Positions 54,091 to 62,950 of a stretch of DNA of 64,000 nt are shown here, in pieces. A program made the translations under genes and the position numbers. The notes beneath the pieces were generated by a model. That model did no database searches, was not told the origin of the DNA, and saw nothing but the letters and a program-made list of their open reading frames with translations. Numbering within the stretch: position 1 is the first letter of the stretch; each line of letters starts with the position of its first letter. Origin of the DNA: Chlorokybus atmophyticus (lineage: Eukaryota; Plantae; Mesostigma and Chlorokybus algae); contig RHPI01002402.1 of NCBI GenBank assembly GCA_009103225.1, positions 62,001 through 126,000 on the forward strand. The letters are read 5' to 3'.

Positions 54091-54537
54091 CGTAGGGGAC
54101 TGAGGCAGATCCAAAGCAAAAACAAAAACATTTGAAGCGGCTTGCCCTAGGCTGGGCGCGGGATCACGACTTGCGCGCCGAGCCAATTCAACCTCAGGCT
54201 GCGAGAGCGGTCACGCTGCGATGGCAGGTCGCGCGGTGTGGATGGCCGTTCGGTCGGTCAGGACCATTCGTGGGCCGGATCCAACAGGCCGCGGGCAGAC
54301 CGATCGTGGTACGGCCGCGAACACGGTGACGTTTGCTAGTTACATGGCATCTGCAGCAGAATCCGTTTACGGTACAAGCCAGTTGTGCCGTAAGCGGCAC
54401 CCGCCTTCGAGTTCTGCGAGCAGTTCTTCTCCCAAGACGGCACAAGTCGCTTTGTGCCGGCAGAGGATCGTAAGTCACCATCTGTCAGCCGGCACAAGCT
54501 GGTTACTGCCGCTGACCGGCAAACTGCGTTGGGCCGA

Positions 54538-54849
54538 CCTCGGCACAGCAGTACTTCTAACGTCTTCGGCACAGCAGCGCTTCTGCCGTCTTCGGCACAG
54601 CTGCGGCCCCACCGTCTTCGGCACAGCAGCGCTTATGCCATTTTCGGCACAATAGCACTTCTGCCGACTTCGGCACAGCAGCGCTTCTGCCGTCTTCGGC
54701 ACAGCTGTGTACCTACCGTCTTCGGCACAGCAACGATCCTGCCGTTTTCGGCACAATAGCACTTCTGCCGACTTCGGCATTGCAGCGCTTCTGCCGTCTT
54801 CGGCACAGTAGCACTTCTGCCGACTTTGGCACAGCAGCAGCAGCAGTCG
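54538..54849. repeat. Subterminal tandem array, 12 x 26 bp (consensus CTTCGGCACAGCAGCGCTTCTGCCGT)
   Basis: Unit starts at 54538, 54564, 54590 ... 54824 with an exact 26-bp period; each unit contains CGGCA...TGCCG in inverted orientation. Confidence 0.93.
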
Positions 54850-55830
54850 TGCCGTTGACGGCACAGCTCTTGGTGTGTCGACCTCGGTGGACCAGCAATC
54901 ATGCCGATAACGGCCGAGCCATCTCTATTTCACAATTAGCACCACAATATAGTAGGCATATGCAGGCAAATTGCAGGCAATTTTCCTGGCAAATCTTAAC
55001 CTCATATGGAGTTTTAATTATACCATGTACTCTTAACTAGTACTAGAATAGGCTCCAATTGTTTGCAAGAAGCTACCAGGAAGTTAAACTGCTGGTAGCA
55101 AGCTGCACTGCTAGCAAGAAGTTAGACTTTTAGCAGGAAGCTAGACTGGCGGCTGCAAGGAAGCTGCATGGAAGCTAGACTGGTTGCTGCAAGAAAGATG
55201 AGCGAAGGTCTTCAGCTTGGTACCCAATTATGGACCGGGTTGTCGCTTGGCTTGACTATTTCAGTGCCAGCCATACCGTGCTTCTCCAGAGTCATCCTGT
55301 ACCAGCCAGCGCTTGTTGACTGCAAATGTAACAAGCATGAGACCGATATGCGAGTCAGTGAACTTTGCAAGCAGATGGTCCTCCTTCGGCAACCTCCCAA
55401 TCTGCGTCCCGTATGTCCCCCTCCAGGAAGTGTACACCTCCAGCAAGCTCTCGCGGTTGGGAACATTGGCGCAAAAGGTATTGCAGCAGATGCCAGCCAA
55501 GTGCATGAGGTGGTCACAGCAATGATTGATCTGCAAGCAAGAATTGTTACAAGTGTGCATCATGCAAGCATGCTGCACACGTTACAACCCACTGCAACGT
55601 TTTCACCCTCTGATTGATGTCATGCTGGTCTTCTGGCTGCACGCGCTTGTCAACCACGAGCGCGCGAACGCATCTTGGGGTGACTTTTGCAATGCAGTCG
55701 CCTGAAGAGCAGTCTGAGCAAGGGCAGACTGCAGACGGGGCTACCAAAGATGCAGGCCAAGCACAACTGCGTCCCTGCATCACTCAAGCAGCCGCATTAG
55801 TGCATGTCACGCATATAGTCTTCCTTGCAG

Positions 55831-57645
55831 TTACGCTTGCAATGTGCTGTGCCGCAGCACACGCTCTACTACGCTCACCAAGATATTGCTGCACAAGTGC
55901 TCGTCCCCGGTCAGCTGGCCAGCATACCCGTCCGTGTCACGTACTGGCATGTAGACGCGTTGATCACCGATACCCTTGGCGTTGTACCACTCCAGCACCT
56001 TCACTTTGTAGCTGCGCCAAGGAGTCTCTTGCTCAAGCACCTCCAGTACTTGACCGCGCCCAACAGCCACAACCCTGCGGCTGCTGCTGCCGCTGGTGCT
56101 TGCAGCATCTCCTGCGGGTCTGCAGCACCAGCCGCATTTGAATTCCTTACGAGTGCGGGTGCAAAGCCTTGTGCAAGAGGATAAATGGCGTACCTGAAAG
56201 CCGCCCAGTCCTCACGCAGCTGCGCTTCAGGCGGCTCAGCAGTCAACAAGGCAAGCAGCACAGCATATTGGCTGGAGGGAAAGTCTGCAACGGTGAAATA
56301 TGGGCCAAGCCCGCAGTCTGAGCGCGAGCGGCGTGGAGCTGGCTCCTCTGCGTCAGCGCGCTTCTCAGCGCGTGCAGCGCGCATCTTCTCCTTGCGCTGC
56401 TCACGGGTCAAGCCTACCGTTTCGCCCGACATTTATGGATGGCCCCGTCTTGCATTATCCACAAACCGGCGGATTTGCTCACGAATCCATTCTGCAAACA
56501 AGAGGCAGTGAGCAGCCATTCTGCAGGAAGCACAAGACATCTGGCAGGTGGCAGCTGGCATATAGACGCACATGCACATAGGCAGACGCAGATTACTTAC
56601 TTGCAGGCCAGCGCAATGTCTGTCCATTGATCTCCAGCGGAGTGTGATTCTGCATTACATCCGCCACCACCTCCTCCCTCATGTCATAATCTGAGCCGGC
56701 CCGATTGAAGCTCCTGCCAACACAGTGGTCTGGGAACTTGGCCCACAGCTTCTCCTTTTAGAAGCTTGCGGTTGTCCTCCTGTATTCTCCACTGTGTCTC
56801 GTCCTTCTTCCTCAAGTAAGCTTGCCCTTTTGCTCTAGTCCCCTAGGCTTGTCAGCGACAGGGGCAAAGCACTTTTTCTCCAGCTTTGCCTTTTTGACTG
56901 CCTCTGACTCCTCTTTGCAGTTAACTTCATCAACAGCTCCTGCGCACAAGGCCAACAGTCAGCGCATGGCACTTGCAAAAGAGAGCAAAGCAAGCAGAGC
57001 TTCAGCCAAGCTGCAGCTTCAGATATGTTGCAGTTGCGGCTTGGCCAACGCTGTTGCTTTACTGAAGCTGCAGACCGAAGCGTACAAAATACAGCAAAGC
57101 AAGTAGAGCTTCACCCAACCTACCACTTCAGCTAAACTGCAGCTGCGGCTTGGCTGAGGCTCTGCTTGGCAAAAAGCCGATATGCAGCTCCTTTACTCAA
57201 GCTGCAGCTTTGGCTAAGCCGCAGGTTCAATCGAGTTGTAGCTTCAGCTTAACTGAAGCTGCAGACCAAAGCATACCAATGAGCAAGCAGAGCTTCAGTT
57301 GCAAGAGCAATTAAGTTGCACCAGCAGCTTGGCAGCAGACTAGTTGAAAGCAAGCACACCTGTGTCCCCAGGTTGTGCTCCCGCCTCGTCCTGCTCCTCT
57401 TCATCTTCCGCTTGCAACCTCGGCTCATCCCTATTTAACTTCTGCACGTCTTCAAGGATCCGCGAAGCAATGCTCAGCCTAGGTGTGATCTGTGCAAGAA
57501 TTTCTACTGAGAGGCTGTAGTAAGCTTCTCCATCAATCTCTTCCTCCTTGAACTTCTCCGCTATTGCTTGTGCACTTGGAACCCCTCTCAACAATTTAGC
57601 TACCCGTTTGGAGATAAGCTCTACACTCATCCTATACACTGACAT
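55831..57645 (-). pseudogene. Decayed spliced gene with N-terminal SAM (sterile alpha motif)-like domain, inside the CACTA-like element
   Basis: VAKLLRGVPSAQAIAEKFKEEEIDGEAYYSLSVEILAQITPRLSIASRILEDVQKL fits the SAM pattern F.eeeIDG.al..L...L; GT-AG introns (e.g. 56940-57359); frameshifts and an in-frame TAA in later exons. Confidence 0.6.
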
Positions 57646-57882
57646 TGTGCTTGAGAGCAGCACACAACCTTGCAGCTTGGTAGCAGCTAGAAACAGCTTC
57701 CAGCACCGCAACCTAGCAAGTAGGCCCGGAAACGCCAAGACGCAAAACAGTCAACCACCGATTTCACTCCCGCCACCACCTTCACTACCGCCACCTCCGC
57801 CGCCGCCACCACCGCCGCCGAAGCACTGCGGACAGCTGTGCTTCTTCGGAGTCTTACTGCGCAGAAGTCAGCTGCGCACAAG

Positions 57883-57911
57883 TTAGGGTTAGGGTTAGGG
57901 TTAGGGTTAGG
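57883..57911 (+). repeat. Interstitial telomere-type repeat (TTAGGG)4 TTAGG
   Basis: Read directly; lies between the divergent SAM-like and BED-like genes. Confidence 0.9.
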
Positions 57912-58044
57912 ACTCCTGAGTAATAAATAGCCACAGCAGCATACATAGGACATACAACGGCTGTTCCTGTGTGTGGCGGCGGCGTGCTTGGTGGCCTCGG
58001 TTTGTGAAGCGTTGAGCTGTTGCAGCGTATTGAGCATAGCAAGC

Positions 58045-59354
58045 ATGAAGGGCAAGGCAGAGGCTAGTGCATACTGGCAGTCTGGTGCAGAGCAGCCTTG
58101 GCGCTGCAAATATTGTCAAGTCTTGTTGCAGAGGTCCGTTGTCAGCAAGGTCAAGCAGCACATTGGCTCCCTCACCTGCACCAAGATTCGTGTGGGCCCT
58201 GAACAGTTTGAGAAACTGCCAGGAGCAACGCCCAAGGAGAAGCTCCCTCACGGCTCCGAGTTGCAGCAGCTCACCGACCAAGTTGTGCAGCAGATAAAGG
58301 TGAGCTTGCTTGGTTCATGCTTACATAGTTGCATTTTTGCATGTTTTATTGTCTGTGTCCAAGCTGCTATATGTATGTATGCTGCTGCTGTAGGTATGCT
58401 GCTGCTAGCTATATGTATCTCTGTCTGTGTATGCATCTCTGTCTGTTTATGTAACTTTAAAGCTGAAGTAACTACCCATACAAGATGGTGAGCACTTGGC
58501 AAAACCGGAAGATTGGGGACCTAGCGGCCCCCTCGAAGGTTGAAAGCTGGAGAAGACTTCAACCGGGCACAAATGGGTGTACACGCATCCTCCCAATCCA
58601 GCTGCATCAGAGCAGAAGGACAAGGGGAGGAGGAGGAGCAGGAGGAGGAGCAGGAGGTGTCGGATGAGGAAGAATCAGAGGAGGAGGAACCACCAGCAGC
58701 TGAGACCGCAGCAAAAAAGCCAAGACAAGCATTATCCTGCAAGAAGAACGCCCAGCCTTCAGTTCCACAAACGCCAGCAAAGTTTACCACAGCAACGCGG
58801 TCTGGAAGTGTAAGCAAGCAGCTACATGCAGCCAAGCTTGTGGATGTAGGGTCTGACGGATGCACACTGACTGACTGAATGCGTCTGCCTTGCAGGCGCA
58901 TGTTAAGCCCACAGAACTGGCACACCCTACCTGGGACATGGTGCTGGCCACCGAGGAGCTTGTTGACAACTTGATCGAGGTAAGTCCACAACCTGGTCTT
59001 GATTGCTTCAGTTTGCGCTTCATTGGTGCACATGTACGAATGGCACAGGCTGTCAAGAAGATGTCTTTGGTGTTTAAACGCGTGGAGAGAATGCTAGACC
59101 TTGCAGCTGAGGAAAAACAGAGCTTGCAACAATTGCGAAACATCATCCAAACGGAGAGATCACACTCGCTGACTGTTCTTAACAACATGACTTCTTGTCG
59201 TAAAATCTTGAAGACTGAAAGAAAACAGCTGGACTTGGACAAGGTCTTTACTCGTGTTTACTCTATGCATCTCGTGACATATATACAAGCCCTTTTCTGC
59301 TTAGCATTTGGATAGGGCTTGTCAAACAGGTGGCCGCAGGCACAGTCAGACTAA
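58045..59354 (+). pseudogene. Decayed spliced gene: BED-type zinc finger, acidic tract and coiled coil, inside the CACTA-like element
   Basis: Exon 58045-58299 MKGKAEASAYWQSGAEQPWRCKYC-x14-H-x5-C fits BED-finger spacing; donor AAG|GTGAGC; downstream EEEEQEEEQEVSDEEESEEEE and heptad-rich VERMLDLAAEEKQSLQQLRNII; frames in exon 2 do not join cleanly. The 3' end is approximate. Confidence 0.55.
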
Positions 59355-60282
59355 TGCAGTGTTGAAGGCATCCTCATGCGCTCAAACATGCCAATCAGGC
59401 TCTTGCAAGTAGTAGGCAGCTTGAAGCCTTCGCTCTTCTCATCGAATAATCCCTTCTTATCCTAAGCCATCAGGGAGCTTTCGCCTTTAAAGAGGACAGG
59501 GAGCAGTTTGTTGAAGCAGTCCTGCGAGATTCCAGCTTCGTCTAGGATGGATAAATCCTCCATTATCTTGTCGAGGTAAGTTGTAGACGTCTGCTGCAGA
59601 TCAGGCAACTTGTTTGCATCAAAGCTGTCCAAAGTGGGTTGCACAGTGGGAATGCTCCTCAGCCGTCTGGCCGCCTCGTCTTTGGCTAAGTGCGCATCGA
59701 TGACCAAGCGCGGCTGCATGATCTGCGACACAGTAAGGGTGTGTAAGCAACGTGCATGCATGGTCACTTGTTCATCAGCGCAGGCCAAGCGAAGCAACTT
59801 ACCAAGCCTTTGCACTTGAAGCAGAGGCAAAGGTCGCGACGGAAGGTTGGAGGCTGCTCAGGCTCAGGCTCCTGGTTGCCAGAATGATCACATTGCTCGG
59901 CGACTCCAAAGTCCGGCATCTTTGGAGAAGATTGTTCTGCTGTCTGCTGGTTGGACAGGTGTGGTTCTTCAGGCGCAGGCTCGGGCTCTAAGGCAGACGC
60001 AGGTGCAGGTTCGGGCTCCAAGGCAGACGCAGGTGCAGGCTCATGTTCCAAGGCAGACGCAGGTGCAGGGAGCTGCAAATCACCTCCTCCTCCAGTGAGG
60101 TGCGGGCTAATGTTTGTTGGACGCGCTTGCTGGGCGGCCCTCATCTCTTTAACAAGTGACCGTTTAGCACGTACACTGGCTTTGCGTGGCTTCCCACCAT
60201 CATGCTTGATTAGTGCAAGCGTATCATTCAACTGCTCACGCTCGCGCAAAACAGCAGATTGTTGAACAATGTGTCCTGCCAT
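59351..60282 (-). pseudogene. Unknown two-exon gene with PAPASALEPE repeats and one in-frame stop, inside the CACTA-like element
   Basis: ORF from ATG 60282 to a GTAAGT donor near 59800; second exon IMQPRLVIDAHLAK...GESSLMA*DKKGLFDEKS...TLH* continues in frame past the TAG at 59462-59464. Confidence 0.5.
59975..60069. repeat. 3 x 30-bp coding tandem repeat (PAPASALEPE on the minus strand)
   Basis: GCAGGCTCGGGCTCTAAGGCAGACGCAGGT and variants at a 30-bp period. Confidence 0.9.
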
Positions 60283-62950
60283 GGCTGCAGATGATCGCGT
60301 GTAAGTCGGACTTGAAAACTGCTAACAGTGACAGCATATGACGGACAACTTGGGGGCTAATAGTTGGCCGCATCGGTTACTGATATCTTGGATTTAGCAA
60401 ACGAAAACGGAGCAACTACAAGCATTCACCATGAACAAGTGAGCCTGCATGCAAGACGCCCAGCAGCAAGCTAACAGACTGTAAGGGAGACACTCTCGAC
60501 CAAGCCTCACTGACAGAGCAAATCAAGCAACAATAACAAGCTAGCATAGGCCTTACCAGCAAGAGCTCGTGAGCAGAAATAGCTCCTTCTCCCCAGCAGC
60601 TTGTTAGCAGCTCCGCTCCGCAGCAGCAGCAGTTTTGCTCCGCAGCAGCAGCACTTTCGCTTTGCAGCAGCAGCAGTTCCGCTCCGCAGCAGCAGCTCAG
60701 TTCAACAGCAGCAGCAGCTCAGCCACCGTCCTCAAGAACCCAAGAATCCAGACACAGCTTCATCCAACCTGCCGCAGCTCAGCTCCAGCTTCAGATGCTG
60801 TGCGATTTTTGCCAGATCTGCTTCTTGGTAGAAGCAGATTCTTCTCATAAGCAGCTCAGCAGCAGCAGCAGCAGTAGCTCATTGGCTTCTCCAAGTACAC
60901 CGGCAGCAGCAGCTCGCGCCACCGCCTCTTTCTCTTCCTCCACGCATGCAGCTCAGCTCGAGCTCCGGCCCAGCTCAGCTTAGCTCCAAGGCTGCTGGTC
61001 GGTACGAGGGTGTTGTGCCGTTCTCGGCACAAGCCACTGATGTAATCCGCGGTCACAGCGCAAGAGGAGAGAAGGCTGCTGCTTTGCTACGGTACAAGTC
61101 TACTGTGCCGCTCTCGGCATAAGTTTTCTGCACCGGTAGCGGCACAATGATTGGCGAACCGTCAACGGATCGCTGGTCTCGTGCCGTGATCGGGATGTGG
61201 AACCTTGTACCGATCACGGCACCAGCTCTGTTGTGCCGACTTCAGCTTGAACTGTCTTGTGCCGTCAATGGTACAAGGGAGCAAAGGCGCCGACGTCGGC
61301 ACAAGACTGCAGTCTGCGTACCGACCGCGAACGGCTTTTTCTACCAGGAAGTCCCAACGGCACAGCCTGGTTGTGCCGTCTGCGCCGAAGAAGTTGACTG
61401 CTTGTGCCGTGAACGGCACGCACTGCAGGCGCCATGTGAGTGCCTCATTGGATTATGAGGAACTCATGGTTTAAATTGGGGAGGAATGTCACGAATTGGG
61501 ATAAATTGTGACAGACCTCACTCATGGTAATGTCTTTTACTACCATAGCCTAGTGGTCGGGCCCCAATTGTTGCAGGGCTGGTAAGACCGGTGGATGATA
61601 TTTGAGCAGTAGCAAAGAGCTCGGGCGGCAGGGGCCAAGCAGATGTTGTCGTCGTCGTCGTCGTCACATGCATGCTCGACTCTGCAATCAAGGCCCGACC
61701 TCTACCTTCTGCTCCTGTGCTTTGCAGGTTGACTTGCAACCGTTGCTGCCTCTCTGCTGCCGACTCCGTTGCGCCGCCTGCCAGGCGGCGCTCAGTGAGG
61801 GTTTGTCTAGGGTCTCGCGTTGTGTATGGTGTAGTAGAGATTTGTCTTGGCCCCCACGTAAATCATTTTGCTATGCTGTGCTGCCTGGCTTGCTTTGCAT
61901 TTGGCCCCTGCGGTTGAGTTTGCTTTTGCAACCCTAATGCCTGCTAGGTTGTGAGGTGGTCCAAGCGCTTGCCTTTTAACACATGCTGTACCCCATCAAC
62001 TTATTTTAAGATGCACGGTATATCTCTTCATAGCAACATGCAAAAATCATCAAATGGCTACCAAGTTAACAGCTATTGTATGAAATAAACTTAAGATAAG
62101 GTAGGCCTATCATGGTGTATGACATGTCCTACTACTTCATAGTATGCAAACTTGTTGACAAGCACACCGCCGCCAAGCGTATGTTATTACCTCTCTCTCT
62201 TTATGGATACATATGTTTCGAAAGGTGATTCCTTCAATCAACATAGAATGTGCAAGTAGCGCATTTACCTTGCGGTACCGCACATATGCAAAAAAATCTT
62301 GTTGCAATAACCTCCTTACGTGCACATCTGATGCTGCAAAACAGGGAAGTGTTTCATCGTGAATGAAATAATATGCTTTAAGTTCATGCTTACGAGGACT
62401 TTTTTATCAAGATTAAGGTATAAAAAGCGTGTTATCATTCATGTATATATAATCGATTGATGACATCTTTGATACACCTGTTAAAGCCTCCCTGTAAGAT
62501 GCACAAATGGTTTTACCGGTGCTTAGATGGATTGTGCAAGTGCTCACGTAGGGTAGTCATCTGGTTTGTTTGCCCAATGTGTGCCCATGCAGACATCGAG
62601 TTTGTGCATAGACAGAGTGCATAGAGAGCGGTTAGACAGTTCAGTAACAGTACACCTTATCACAAGCCTTGTCACACTGTACTATGCAGGGTACATCCAT
62701 CTTCGTACCCGCGTTTTCTTGCAGGGCAAGCCGCCGGTGCGTCGCGACGCGCGACTCGCGTATTACTTAACGCGCTGCGTAAGCCCCCGTTGCAATGCGC
62801 CGCCTCACTGCACTCCATTGGACGAACGCCACGCTGGCCTTTGGCAGTGGTAGCTTTCTAGCTTGAAGCTAGCTTGAAAGCTTGTAGCTTAGCGGCGTCA
62901 ACCTCGTTGCTGTCATTGTTGTCGTCGTGGCTGTTAGCGCCGCCATCGCC

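Larger units (their letters stand above)
54341..61438. mobile_element. CACTA/EnSpm-like non-autonomous DNA transposon (7098 bp) nested in TRIM B
   Basis: Imperfect 39-bp TIRs: left TACATGGCATCTGCAG...ACGGTACAAGC, right reverse complement CACATGGCGCCTGCAG...ACGGCACAAGC (28/39 identical); 3-bp TSD AGT (54338-40, 61439-41); CGGCAC/GTGCCG motifs clustered near both ends; no transposase recognised. Confidence 0.85.
53967..61575 (+). mobile_element. TRIM family B (508 bp once the nested element and one TSD copy are removed)
   Basis: 89-bp LTRs at 53967-54055 and 61487-61575 (5 differences; 3' copy TG...CA); PBS TGGTATCGGAGC at 54057-54068; PPT GGGGAGGAA at 61478-61486; TSD GGGCT at 53962-53966 and 61576-61580. 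Confidence 0.94.

Noticed and set aside
54538-54849. CRISPR-like regular repeat array
   Set aside because: The variable parts are homologous to each other and only about 15 bp, there are no unique spacers or cas genes, and the context is a eukaryotic transposon end.
53967-61575. Autonomous LTR retrotransposon or LARD carrying genes
   Set aside because: No gag, protease, RT, RNase H or integrase motifs; the interior is bounded by its own TIRs and a 3-bp TSD, so it is a nested DNA element.
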